From positions 1 through 60,533 of the IMG/VR virus record IMGVR_UViG_3300021959_009735: DNA of 60,533 nucleotides. One strand, written 5' to 3'. Position numbers and translations under genes: made by a program. This document shows, one piece after another, positions 29,552-38,771 of the stretch (the first letter of the stretch is position 1; every line of letters begins with the position of its first letter). The notes under the pieces are model-generated. The model was not told the DNA's origin. It saw only the letters and a program-made list of their open reading frames with translations, and made no database searches. Source of the DNA: a virus. Its lineage: Duplodnaviria; Caudoviricetes.

Positions 29552-31856
29552 CTCTAAAGTTGTTTGCGATTTCAGGCGGAGCCTTAAGCGTTACGCCCGG
29601 TAGTACGAGATTAGTTTCCATAATCTCTTGAACGATAGGAGCAAAAGCCTCGGCCTGATCTTCGGCTACGTTAATGATTAACTGGTCATGAATCTGAGCT
29701 TGAACGATAGCATCGAAGCCAAGTTCTTTAGCCTTACGATTGATTTGAACAGCTGCACGGTTAACCACAGCAGCTGCTAAGCTCTGCAATTGAAAATTAA
29801 GCGTATTATTCAGACCGTTACGATAGTCTCGGTAGACCTGCATAACTTTCTCTTTGCCATACCGGCCGGTTAGTTCTTTACGGAAACGCCAGTCCATAAT
29901 CTGATCACCGAAGTGGCCATGAATTTTACGCACCTTATCAAGATGGCGGATACGGCCAACATAGTTAGTAATGAAGCCGTTAGACTTAACCTGTTTACGG
30001 GAGTTCTCTCTCCATTCCTTTAGCTGAGGAAATCCATCGAGGTAGCCAGCAACAAGCTTCTCAGCCTCTTTGGTAGGAATACCAAGTGTCATACCGAGAG
30101 CGTAGGCTTCCATGCCGTAGGCGATACCTAGCGAGTAAGCTTTAGCTTGATTACGCTTAACCGGATCAACCTTCTTAAGGAAGTTCGGAGCACTCTTATC
30201 GGCGGATACGCCCTGAAGTTTCTCGGTCTGAATAGCTACAGTAGAATAGAAGTCGTAGCCTTTGTTGAAGATCTCCTGCAGCTTAACGTCCCCGGTGACG
30301 GAGGCAAAGCAATGCGGCTCTAGAGATTCGTAGTCAGAGTCGATAACTTTACGGCCTTTGCCTGCGATCAGGAAGGCTCGAACAAGGTTATTATACCGGA
30401 CAACGATAGGAGCATCTTCACCGTCTTCCTTCGGCTTAGGTAGCTGCTGTGCATCAGAGCCGTATCGGCCGGAGACGGTACCATTCTGCTTGAAGTAGAA
30501 GTAGTATCGGCCGTCTTCGTGACCAAAGAGGAAACGCTCTACGTAGGTAGACTTGATCTTCAGCAGCTTATTGTAGATGCGAAGGTTTTCAGCCCACTCG
30601 TACTTCTTAGAAAGCTCCTCAAGCTGATCCATATCGAACTTATCACGGCCAGTCTTAGTCTTCGTAGTAGCTTTCTCGCCCATATAGTCGAAGACAATCT
30701 CACCAAGGTGGAGCTTAGACTGAATATTAACCCAATCGCCGTCGTTAGAGTCTTTCCACATCGAGGTAGAGATGCGAAGGATCTCGTTAGCCTCTAGATG
30801 CTCAAGCTTACCATCTTGCAAGAAGCTTTTGACCGGAGAGTCTTCTAACGTTTCGATATTCTTCTGAGTAAGAGAATGCTTGCCGGTCTTTTCGCTTCGA
30901 GGTAGAGGTAGAGAGTAACGCTTTACAAGCTCTTGAGCCCAGTTACCTTTATTCGAAGGAGGAAAGTTTTTAAGAGCAGTATCTACTACCCAGGCTTCTC
31001 CTTCTTTCGTACCGATAAGAGACTTGATCACGATCTCTTTATTCTTCTCAAGATCGGCCGTAATTTCATCATACGTTTTCTGAAGCAGCTCTAGGTCAAC
31101 CTCGACGCCGTACTCTTCCATAGGCACAGTTACCTCTCGGTAGATCGGCATAACCTCTTCTTCGAAGAAAAACTCCCACAAGCCTTCTTCTTTAAGCTGC
31201 GGAAGATAGAGGTTGCAGATACGAAGGGTAAGGTCGGTATCGGCAGATGCGTACTTAGATAGGATCTCAAGATCAGCTTTGTAGATCTGAAAGTCAGTCT
31301 TAGTTACGCTGCCTCCGTTGGCTTTGATCGACTCTTTGAGTTCGATCTGCTCTTTGTTAGCAGCCTCTTCGACATCCAGCCCTAGAGCCTCCTGGTTCAT
31401 AATCGCAATCGATTTCAAACCGAAAGGAGGACCAAAGCCAAAGGCACCGTCTTCTTTTACCGTATGAACAAGCATGGCGGTATCGACCCAGAGACTCGGA
31501 AGAAGATCAACTCCGTAGAAGTTTTTCGTATACCTCGTATCAAACGAGGCATTATGCATCACAAGCCTCTTACCTTCGAGTAGGGAGATGATTTTTCTCG
31601 CAATAGTATGAGCAGGTTTACCCTCTATTGACGTCTCAAGTAGCTCTTGCTGCTCAGGGTCCCACACCATAGTCGTCATATAGAAGCCGATGCCTTCTTC
31701 GCCGGAGACGGAGAAGCCTATGATCTGACCTTTACGCATATTAAGCGAGTCAGTCTCGGTATCGTAAGCAATTATATCTGAGGAGTTGATGTGTTGAATC
31801 AGGAGGTCGACGGTCTCTTTAGAGTCGACGGTATAGTATTTCTTTTCTAGCTGCAT
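29541..31856 (-). CDS. polA: family A DNA polymerase with 3'-5' exonuclease
   Basis: YDTET, HNASFD, YASAD; motif A DYESLE, motif B RNQAKAYSLGIAYGM, motif C IHDQ. Confidence 0.95.
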   Translation of the reverse strand: MQLEKKYYTVDSKETVDLLIQHINSSDIIAYDTETDSLNMRKGQIIGFSVSGEEGIGFYMTTMVWDPEQQELLETSIEGKPAHTIARKIISLLEGKRLVMHNASFDTRYTKNFYGVDLLPSLWVDTAMLVHTVKEDGAFGFGPPFGLKSIAIMNQEALGLDVEEAANKEQIELKESIKANGGSVTKTDFQIYKADLEILSKYASADTDLTLRICNLYLPQLKEEGLWEFFFEEEVMPIYREVTVPMEEYGVEVDLELLQKTYDEITADLEKNKEIVIKSLIGTKEGEAWVVDTALKNFPPSNKGNWAQELVKRYSLPLPRSEKTGKHSLTQKNIETLEDSPVKSFLQDGKLEHLEANEILRISTSMWKDSNDGDWVNIQSKLHLGEIVFDYMGEKATTKTKTGRDKFDMDQLEELSKKYEWAENLRIYNKLLKIKSTYVERFLFGHEDGRYYFYFKQNGTVSGRYGSDAQQLPKPKEDGEDAPIVVRYNNLVRAFLIAGKGRKVIDSDYESLEPHCFASVTGDVKLQEIFNKGYDFYSTVAIQTEKLQGVSADKSAPNFLKKVDPVKRNQAKAYSLGIAYGMEAYALGMTLGIPTKEAEKLVAGYLDGFPQLKEWRENSRKQVKSNGFITNYVGRIRHLDKVRKIHGHFGDQIMDWRFRKELTGRYGKEKVMQVYRDYRNGLNNTLNFQLQSLAAAVVNRAAVQINRKAKELGFDAIVQAQIHDQLIINVAEDQAEAFAPIVQEIMETNLVLPGVTLKAPPEIANNFRDGH

Positions 31857-32225
31857 TTACCTGTAGTCCTTTCTAATAAAGTCTTTCTCATCGTACGATT
31901 TCAAAATATGGCACTGCTTACACACAAGCTGATAGTTAGAAGGCTGCTCACCTTCTTCCGTATGTTTAATATCGGAATTAATATGATCAACATCAAGTAG
32001 AGTTGACAACTCTTTGAGTGGTCTTTCCGGAAAATACTCTCTAGGATCATACCCACATTCCTCGCATACTAAGTCTCCAGCTACTACTTTCTCTACCTTG
32101 TAATGAAGCCAAGGACGAACTGGTGCGTTCGGACCGTAAATCTTGTACTGGGCATGTACGTCGCAGTACTTGGCGAAATGATGTTGACTGGTGATCGGAC
32201 GGTTACACCATTTAACGTGACACAT
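31857..32225 (-). CDS. HNH endonuclease-like protein
   Basis: CEECG, DVDHIN, NYQLVCKQCH. Confidence 0.8.
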   Translation of the reverse strand: MCHVKWCNRPITSQHHFAKYCDVHAQYKIYGPNAPVRPWLHYKVEKVVAGDLVCEECGYDPREYFPERPLKELSTLLDVDHINSDIKHTEEGEQPSNYQLVCKQCHILKSYDEKDFIRKDYR

Positions 32226-32305
32226 AACCTTCTTTCTTGATGTACTTTATAATAGCACCTAAAAGGTTACGATCAAACAAGTTAGTAGGCTTTTTAATAC
32301 CTCCA

Positions 32306-32551
32306 TCAAAATTCTCCATATAAATCCCAGATTTCTTTCTCTGGTTCAGGAGCATCCTCGAGCTTGATAACATAGAGCTTGCCTCCAAGAGGATCTAATC
32401 TATACTCTCCTTTGAATCCTGTCTTGCGTAGGTAGTTTGTCAGAGCCTGTACTAGGCCTTCTACTACTGTAGTTTTGTCGATAAACAGTCTCCAGTTATC
32501 TCCCGGAGGTACACGTTCGGCGATTTGCTCTAAGATTTCTTCTTTCATCAA
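32306..32551 (-). CDS. hypothetical protein
   Basis: 81-aa ORF. Confidence 0.7.
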   Translation of the reverse strand: MMKEEILEQIAERVPPGDNWRLFIDKTTVVEGLVQALTNYLRKTGFKGEYRLDPLGGKLYVIKLEDAPEPEKEIWDLYGEF

Positions 32552-33135
32552 AACAGTTTAGAATATAGTCCTATTGAAACTCCAACTTTATCAGCCCCTA
32601 CTACTCCATAGGTTGCCGTTAGCATCTTGGATGATTTGGTTTTAAATCCAATCGATGGACCAAAATATGAAAAGTCCGTCTGAGTTCCACCTGCCATGAG
32701 TCCAATGTAAAACTCTCTTTTACGTTTTGGTGGAAGCTGGATTGTGGTTGTAATTGTTTCTCTGATGGAAGGAATTCTATAATCCCATACAACCGATCTT
32801 TCTACGATTTTATTCTCAGTTACCGTATCGGTAATGTATCCGAATCCAAGGCTGTCTACCTTGAGAGTATCGCTGTAGATGTATCTTGCAAAATAATCTT
32901 CGATGATTGCAAGGGTATCAACATCGAGAGGCATCTCAACCGTATCCCGAACCACCCTATCAATGTACTTCGGTACATACTTTGGAACTTCTTTTAGAAC
33001 TTCTGTAAATACGGTATCAATTTCTGTAACCGTTGTAATAATTGGCTCCTGAGGTTCTGGGTCAGGAGTGAAGAAGAGGATATAAACGCCGATAAAGATG
33101 ACTAGACCGGCGATGATCATGTCTTTTAGTTTCAT
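32548..33135 (-). CDS. spanin-like membrane protein
   Basis: N-terminal TM, DTV-rich stalk, C-terminal amphipathic beta strands ending YSKLF. Confidence 0.55.
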   Translation of the reverse strand: MKLKDMIIAGLVIFIGVYILFFTPDPEPQEPIITTVTEIDTVFTEVLKEVPKYVPKYIDRVVRDTVEMPLDVDTLAIIEDYFARYIYSDTLKVDSLGFGYITDTVTENKIVERSVVWDYRIPSIRETITTTIQLPPKRKREFYIGLMAGGTQTDFSYFGPSIGFKTKSSKMLTATYGVVGADKVGVSIGLYSKLF

Positions 33136-33136
33136 T

Positions 33137-33727
33137 TTACTTGCAAGCTATTTCTGATTCTTCCCATTCTTTTTCTGGACGAACGTTAGGGAAGTAAAAG
33201 CACTTTTTCTGTCCAGAAGTCTCCCATGTAATGTTCTTAAAAAAGCCGGTTGGAACATGTCCGCCCGTTTCTAAGATTTCATGACCATCTTTAAACTCTA
33301 CTACGATTTCTATAAGAAGGTTATCTTCATCATCCCATTTTCTTTCTTCAGCTTCCAATAGTCTCCATTCTCCTCTGTTCAGATTTTTATGCTGGAGTGT
33401 TGAGTTTAGGTACGAGAATGTTGTTTTGATATTCTCTTTGGAGTCCGAGAAATGGGCTGCAGGAGCCATGTGTCCCTTATCCCAAACATTTCCGTAGTAG
33501 TCGTTGTTGTCCGATGTATGGTAGTCTTTCTCTTTATAGAAGTTCATCGATCCTCTATCGGCATTTTTCGGACGATTGCTTGCCCTATATGTTACCCTTA
33601 GAGGCTGTTCACGTTCTTGAGAATACTCAACTACGTAGATACCTTTATCAACGGTTACTACATCCTGACCTTGGGCCAGGTTGATGAAAAAGGCTGTAAA
33701 GAATACAGTAAGAATAAGTCTTCGCAT
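33137..33727 (-). CDS. exported DNA/RNA non-specific endonuclease (NucA/EndoG family)
   Basis: Signal peptide; DKGHMAPAA, TFSYLN, LNRGEWRLLE, VPTGF. Confidence 0.9.
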   Translation of the reverse strand: MRRLILTVFFTAFFINLAQGQDVVTVDKGIYVVEYSQEREQPLRVTYRASNRPKNADRGSMNFYKEKDYHTSDNNDYYGNVWDKGHMAPAAHFSDSKENIKTTFSYLNSTLQHKNLNRGEWRLLEAEERKWDDEDNLLIEIVVEFKDGHEILETGGHVPTGFFKNITWETSGQKKCFYFPNVRPEKEWEESEIACK

Positions 33728-33751
33728 TGGCTTTTTTATTATATAAATAGC

Positions 33752-34660
33752 CTACTGCCTCAAGGTCTTATCCAACCTGATGTCCATATCTGTAAATACG
33801 TCTGGGATCCTATGAGCATGAGTTGCTCGCACCGGATTAATATCGATACCTCCTCTTCGAGTATACAGACAAGCAACCATTAGCTCATCTGGCTTATATG
33901 CTTCCATGAGATGGATAAATGTCATTTCGCAAACCTCCTCATGAAAATGATTTACCTTTCTATGACTTACAATATACTTTGCCAGAGAGGCTGGGTCTGG
34001 TATGAGAGAGGATCTAATGCTAATATAAATGTCTCCCCAATCCGGCTGGTTTGTAACACGGCAGTTTGATCTTAGAAGATCAGATTTGAACTTTGTGCTG
34101 AGGGGTGCGTCTAGAACTTCTTTAACTTTAAGCTGCGAAGCATCGGATTTGTATGAGTTAAACTCTAGACTATCTAGATCAACCAAGCTGCCTAGGTCCA
34201 TGAATCCGTATAGACCTTGAGATGCTTCAAAGATGGTTGTAAAAAGTTTTGCTTCAGCTTTAGTCTCTAAGAGTTCGGATAGATCTTTAGATACTCTTGT
34301 CTCAATCTCTCGAATAACCTCAGCAGTACTATCTCCCATTACCGTCATGTTAAACGAATTGAGATAGAGCTTGATCGACTTAGATTCTACATGGTATTGA
34401 GAATCGGCCGGACACCAGATCTTAAGCATACCTGAGACTGGAAGACCTTTGGAGGTGAGAGCCGAAACCTCGTATGCATTCCAAACATCTCCTCCTACGA
34501 AAGGCAGATTGTTTTCTTCGATGCCGTATGCTTCTCGATTGAGAATACGAGGAATCTTAACTAGAAGTTCTGGATCGTAGCTGTCTTTGTATCCGGCTCC
34601 GCCTACCTGGCCTAGGTGCTTTGCTGCAATTTCTGATACTGCGTTGTAATTATCTGACAT
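33752..34660 (-). CDS. queF: NADPH-dependent preQ0 reductase QueF (two-T-fold type)
   Basis: WNAYEVS, VESKSIKLYLNSFN, RSNCRVTNQPDWG, FHEE, YTRRGGIDINP. Confidence 0.95.
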   Translation of the reverse strand: MSDNYNAVSEIAAKHLGQVGGAGYKDSYDPELLVKIPRILNREAYGIEENNLPFVGGDVWNAYEVSALTSKGLPVSGMLKIWCPADSQYHVESKSIKLYLNSFNMTVMGDSTAEVIREIETRVSKDLSELLETKAEAKLFTTIFEASQGLYGFMDLGSLVDLDSLEFNSYKSDASQLKVKEVLDAPLSTKFKSDLLRSNCRVTNQPDWGDIYISIRSSLIPDPASLAKYIVSHRKVNHFHEEVCEMTFIHLMEAYKPDELMVACLYTRRGGIDINPVRATHAHRIPDVFTDMDIRLDKTLRQ

Positions 34661-34664
34661 AATT

Positions 34665-34817
34665 TTATTTTGTTTGTTTGTCGTAGATCGTCAGAGAAAT
34701 TCCCCAACGGAGCCATTGAAATTCAAGATAGAGGTACCACTTTGGCTCTGTAGTAATATAGAGAGCCGGTAGTATTTACCACTGATTTGAATAGGTGAAT
34801 GTTTCAAGTCTTCTCAT
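34665..34817 (-). pseudogene. small ORF interrupted by an in-frame TAA
   Basis: MRRLETFTYSNQW*ILPALYITTEPKWYLYLEFQWLRWGISLTIYDKQTK*; fills the gap; internal stop at 34776-34778. Confidence 0.55.
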
Positions 34818-35055
34818 TTTCTTCATCTAGTTTCTCCAAATATGCTTCGTAGATTCTATCAAAGTTTTCTTCTAAAAACCAAAACGGATAAGTCTTAACT
34901 TTTCCCTGATAGGTTTTATTGTGTACATACCTATCTTCCCACCTAACTTTCATTCTTTTCGCCTCCTTGAATACAGCAAGACCTACATTCGGTCCTGCCG
35001 GGGTGGTTAGATATTCGGCGAGACTGTACATCCTTTCCGGCTCTTCGTAATACAT
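34804..35055 (-). CDS. hypothetical protein
   Basis: 83-aa ORF. Confidence 0.7.
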   Translation of the reverse strand: MYYEEPERMYSLAEYLTTPAGPNVGLAVFKEAKRMKVRWEDRYVHNKTYQGKVKTYPFWFLEENFDRIYEAYLEKLDEENEKT

Positions 35056-35056
35056 T

Positions 35057-35575
35057 TCATTTAATATATTCCAAAATCTGATTTACTCTTTGCATAGGAG
35101 ATCCAGATACCGTTAAGAATCTATCTCCGTAATACTCTTTCAAAAGCCGTAGGAAAGTTTCATCAGCTAGCTTTCTCCAATCTTCATTCGTACTTCTTTC
35201 TCCATCATCTACGCTTGCAAACTCAATCGGAAAATAAACCAAATGAGTATATTCGTCTTTTACCTCTTCAAAGCAATCTTTTACATAGTTTAGCGTCTTA
35301 TCCTCTACATCTGTAATCAAGCTATATACTAGAGTATCAAGCATACACCTATCTAGTACAAGATTGAAAGGCATTAGAAGAGCCTTGAGGTGAAAAGCTA
35401 AGATAGCAAGCTGAGTCTCATCTGTACCTTCTTCATTGATCGGATATCCATACCGCATCACCGTACGAGTACTCTCGTTGATAAACTCGTACTTAGGAAG
35501 TTTATTCTTGAGAAGCTCATATACAGTCGTCTTCCCCGTACTAGATGAGCCTACTAATGCAATACGTTTAATCAT
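35057..35575 (-). CDS. P-loop nucleotide-kinase-like protein (AAA_28/NadR-like)
   Basis: GSSSTGKTT, LDRCMLD, DDGER. Confidence 0.85.
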   Translation of the reverse strand: MIKRIALVGSSSTGKTTVYELLKNKLPKYEFINESTRTVMRYGYPINEEGTDETQLAILAFHLKALLMPFNLVLDRCMLDTLVYSLITDVEDKTLNYVKDCFEEVKDEYTHLVYFPIEFASVDDGERSTNEDWRKLADETFLRLLKEYYGDRFLTVSGSPMQRVNQILEYIK

Positions 35576-35583
35576 AATACTTA

Positions 35584-35612
35584 AATATAAGATTAATCCA
35601 ATACAAAATCAA
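35584..35612 (-). promoter_or_regulatory. sigma70-like promoter
   Basis: TTGATT-17-TATATT, 8 nt before the kinase ATG. Confidence 0.6.
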
Positions 35613-35823
35613 CATTTGCATCTATTAAATTCCTACGAAACTCTTCTCTAACAGTAATAAAAGTATTGATTTCATCCTCTGAGTATTTTTCGAGGTTGTG
35701 TTTAACTTCATTGCGTAAGTATTGATCATAGTTCCATAATGCCGAAGCAATACTCAATCCCTTGGAGGCAAGTTGAAACTCTCTTTCTTCTTCTGGTAAG
35801 TTGAATTCTAGTGTTGCTTTCAT
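35593..35823 (-). CDS. conserved phage hypothetical protein
   Basis: MKATLEFNLPEE start; reassigned. Confidence 0.75.
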   Translation of the reverse strand: MKATLEFNLPEEEREFQLASKGLSIASALWNYDQYLRNEVKHNLEKYSEDEINTFITVREEFRRNLIDANVDFVLD

Positions 35824-35824
35824 A

Positions 35825-36346
35825 TTAATCCCACCATCCTCTGATTCCGGATCCATCTTCTTTGCCGGATCCAATAATTACTTTCCACATCTTATCAAAA
35901 ATCTCTTCTTCTATCTCATCGGCTCGTTTGAATACAGCTTTCGTATGAGGATCTTCGTTCGATAGGTATAGAAAGTTACCGTCCTCCTGCTTTTCAAACC
36001 ATTCTTCGAAAGGTCTGGGTTTCATAGGGCCGAGTTCTTTTTCTGCTAATTCTACAGCGTTGTCCATATTCTGAACGTACCAGACAAACAGTCTCATGGA
36101 ATTGACTCGTTTCTCTCTCATGTCTTCAACCTCGTTGACATACTTCTCTATCGCATCTGCGGTTAATTCTATTGAACGAGAGAACAGATTGAGATTGAAC
36201 CTATAGTCCCATGTTCTGAAGTTCCATACTTCTTTCCTAAAATGCCAGAAATTGCTCAGGCTGTAATATAGAGACTTGAAGAATATTTTCACTTTATTCC
36301 TTTTTACCAGTTTTTCTAGCTTTTTTATATCTAGATCCGACTTCAC
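35825..36346 (-). CDS. hypothetical protein
   Basis: WNFRTWDY..GWWD. Confidence 0.7.
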   Translation of the reverse strand: MKSDLDIKKLEKLVKRNKVKIFFKSLYYSLSNFWHFRKEVWNFRTWDYRFNLNLFSRSIELTADAIEKYVNEVEDMREKRVNSMRLFVWYVQNMDNAVELAEKELGPMKPRPFEEWFEKQEDGNFLYLSNEDPHTKAVFKRADEIEEEIFDKMWKVIIGSGKEDGSGIRGWWD

Positions 36347-36347
36347 T

Positions 36348-36896
36348 TTAACTACCTAAGTGTTTTTCTAAAAAGGCTGTCCATAGTCCGTGAGACAGCT
36401 TAGATAATATATGAAAAGTTCCGTCCATATCCAACCCTTCTCCTCTAACTGCCGCCTGTGCTATAATTCTACCTTCGTCTACACCTTCAGAGACATTATG
36501 CAGTACTGATCCAATCCATTCGTAGTTGCCCATCCAGGCCCTCATTTGAGGATCTTTTCCTTTGAGTTCTGGGTAGAGGGTGATGAGTCCGGGATGACCG
36601 TTGTATATGTCATAATTCTCGCACATCCACGGCGACATAATTCTAAGCCATCCATGTAACGTAATGATGGGATTGTAGTATCCGTAGAGTACGGCTCGTA
36701 ACTCTTCGTCCGAAGGTCGGTTAGAAACTTTGATAATTTCACCAGGATACTCCTCAATTAACTTAGGGTTGATTGTCCGAAGGTCTTCCGGACGTTCGTT
36801 TGTTATAATTAGGTCCGGCCAGTAGTCTAAATCTCTGGCTAGATTTCTAATCTCTGTACCGGTCTGGCTAAAGAAGGTTATCCAAGGTCGCTTCAT
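36348..36896 (-). CDS. PurN-like formyltransferase, probable preQ1 formyltransferase (DpdN-like)
   Basis: FFSQTG, HGWLRI, NGHPGLI, GSVLHNV..GVDEGRII; ATGA-coupled to the DpdA-like gene. Confidence 0.8.
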   Translation of the reverse strand: MKRPWITFFSQTGTEIRNLARDLDYWPDLIITNERPEDLRTINPKLIEEYPGEIIKVSNRPSDEELRAVLYGYYNPIITLHGWLRIMSPWMCENYDIYNGHPGLITLYPELKGKDPQMRAWMGNYEWIGSVLHNVSEGVDEGRIIAQAAVRGEGLDMDGTFHILSKLSHGLWTAFLEKHLGS

Positions 36897-37720
36897 ACTA
36901 CCGGATCAATCAAATCAAGAGTTCCGTTTACAAACCATCTGAATCTCTGCATATTGTACTTCATCATCTGAAGCTGTTCGTAAGATACCTCTGAGTTGAT
37001 GAGAGTGAAGAGCTTTTCAGACGCTTTATCCCACAGTCCTTGATCAGAGTACTCAATATGCTTGAGACCGTGTACAACCGGGTTGGATGTATCTAGGGAA
37101 TAAATCCAATCCATGTCATCCGCCTCTTTGTAGAACATAAACTCTTGAGGTAGAGAACATCCAAGAAGGTGGTGCTTACGGTTTGTATTGATTACTCCGT
37201 TAGCCTTGAGTTTGCTTAGTAGAGTAACCCTACCGAGCATCCAGCTTACAAGCTTATTAGAATGCGGGACTAGATCTTCATAGAGAGAAAAATCAAACGG
37301 GAATGCAATCATATCGATATCAAGCTTATCAAACTCCTGATACAGGCTTGCAATCTCAATATAGGATTGACCTTGGATGACCGCTATCTTTTTGCCCGGA
37401 AGATCAGAATACTTCTCCATCCACGTTCTAACGTTTCTCAAAGTACCAGAAGAATCTTCTAGAACATCTGGAATGATATACCAGGTCGGTCTAAACTTCT
37501 CAATCCACTCTGCATACCGATCCATATCGAATGCAGTACCGAGTTCGAAAATTGAGTTATCTAGAATAATTTCTCGACCGGCATCTCTAGCTTTTTCGAA
37601 CATAGCCAGATATTCTGGACTTTCGTCGAAGAGGTGAACTAGAGCGTAATCGTAGTCTGTAAACTTTTGAACTTCTTCAAAAACACTTATTGTGCTCTCA
37701 TGAGCAATCTTAATCGGCAT
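36893..37720 (-). CDS. TGT-fold 7-deazaguanine transglycosylase (DpdA-like)
   Basis: ILDNSIFE, PDV, AVIQG, HHLLG, SLDTS motifs; inside the Que cluster. Confidence 0.78.
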   Translation of the reverse strand: MPIKIAHESTISVFEEVQKFTDYDYALVHLFDESPEYLAMFEKARDAGREIILDNSIFELGTAFDMDRYAEWIEKFRPTWYIIPDVLEDSSGTLRNVRTWMEKYSDLPGKKIAVIQGQSYIEIASLYQEFDKLDIDMIAFPFDFSLYEDLVPHSNKLVSWMLGRVTLLSKLKANGVINTNRKHHLLGCSLPQEFMFYKEADDMDWIYSLDTSNPVVHGLKHIEYSDQGLWDKASEKLFTLINSEVSYEQLQMMKYNMQRFRWFVNGTLDLIDPVV

Positions 37721-37922
37721 CTTCTATATCTAATTCTGAAATGGAGTTAATTGAGTCTGTGTACTCTTTAGTGACTTTATCAAGAGCACTGAGAGCCTCT
37801 TGCAGCTGTTGAGATAAAATCGAGTTAATTGCCTCTACCGCTACCTTATACGGAACTACGTCTATATTGAGAGTAGGGTGATGAATTTTATTCTCTTCTA
37901 AAGTTTTGTATACGTCATTCAT
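37710..37922 (-). CDS. hypothetical protein
   Basis: 70-aa ORF overlapping both neighbours. Confidence 0.65.
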   Translation of the reverse strand: MNDVYKTLEENKIHHPTLNIDVVPYKVAVEAINSILSQQLQEALSALDKVTKEYTDSINSISELDIEDAD

Positions 37923-38440
37923 TTGATTTGGCTGAGTTCTTCTTCGGTAAAGAATTGACTCAGATTAGGTGAAAAGTAATTGATGCTTTTCATAACCTTC
38001 TTATCTCGAGTACGATATACAATGTAGTATTCGCCTACTTTCTCGAAGTGGCAAGGCTCACCTTGCTGTTCGGCTCGTACACGTACTGTCTCTTCTGCTT
38101 CTTCTACCGAGGTACAAACTTTACTCATATTGGAGGCCTGTACTTCGGCGTAAGCCGGAAGCAGCTTATCCTTCAGTCCAAATGCCATGGTAGCATTACC
38201 TACTGCAACATACAGTAGATCGCAAATAGCATCTAGTACCGATACGATGTCTTTTTCTTGGACTGCCTCAGCCAACTCCTCAGTTTCTTCTTTGATGAAG
38301 TTGATAACGAAGTCAGTGATTTTCTGTTCTGGTACAATAGCCCGATAGTAATTAGGCTTGCCGAAAGTGTGATTAAAGATTTCAACTTCATCGACGAATG
38401 GTACGTTAGGGTTGGTTGGTAGTGTTTTCTGTTCTGTCAT
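37919..38440 (-). CDS. MazG-like nucleoside-triphosphate pyrophosphohydrolase
   Basis: EETEEL..LDAICDLLYV, EVQASNMSK. Confidence 0.85.
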   Translation of the reverse strand: MTEQKTLPTNPNVPFVDEVEIFNHTFGKPNYYRAIVPEQKITDFVINFIKEETEELAEAVQEKDIVSVLDAICDLLYVAVGNATMAFGLKDKLLPAYAEVQASNMSKVCTSVEEAEETVRVRAEQQGEPCHFEKVGEYYIVYRTRDKKVMKSINYFSPNLSQFFTEEELSQIK

Positions 38441-38771
38441 AATCATCTTGTAATCTTACAATGTCATCTTCACCAAAATACGAACCAGTTTGCACTTCTA
38501 CAAATGCTGCGGGAATATTTCCTTTATTCCAAGCTCGGTGATGCACACCTAGTCCAATCTCGATGGTATCTCCATCAACTAAAGTGAATTCATGACCTTG
38601 ACGGATAACTGTCAAGGTTCCTCCAACACAGGTCCAGACTTCTTTTCGCTTAGTATGGTACTGGTAGGAGAGTCTCTGACCTGGGTTGACGAAGATCTCT
38701 TTTACCTTACAATACGTAGTATCGTGAAGGACTGTAAAGAATCCCCAGGGTCGCTGTTCTAGTTTCGACAT
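38406..38771 (-). CDS. cupin, mannose-6-phosphate isomerase type II-like
   Basis: RPWG, PGQRLSYQYH, EVQTGSYFGEDDIVR. Confidence 0.85.
   Translation of the reverse strand: MSKLEQRPWGFFTVLHDTTYCKVKEIFVNPGQRLSYQYHTKRKEVWTCVGGTLTVIRQGHEFTLVDGDTIEIGLGVHHRAWNKGNIPAAFVEVQTGSYFGEDDIVRLQDDYDRTENTTNQP

Noticed and set aside
34661-34760. Second preQ1 riboswitch upstream of queF (also checked queC, queD, folE)
   Set aside because: No P1/loop/A-tail arrangement; the queF gap is better explained by an interrupted ORF
35847-35873. ccggatcca tandem copy
   Set aside because: Short and within coding sequence (GSG codons); no regulatory evidence
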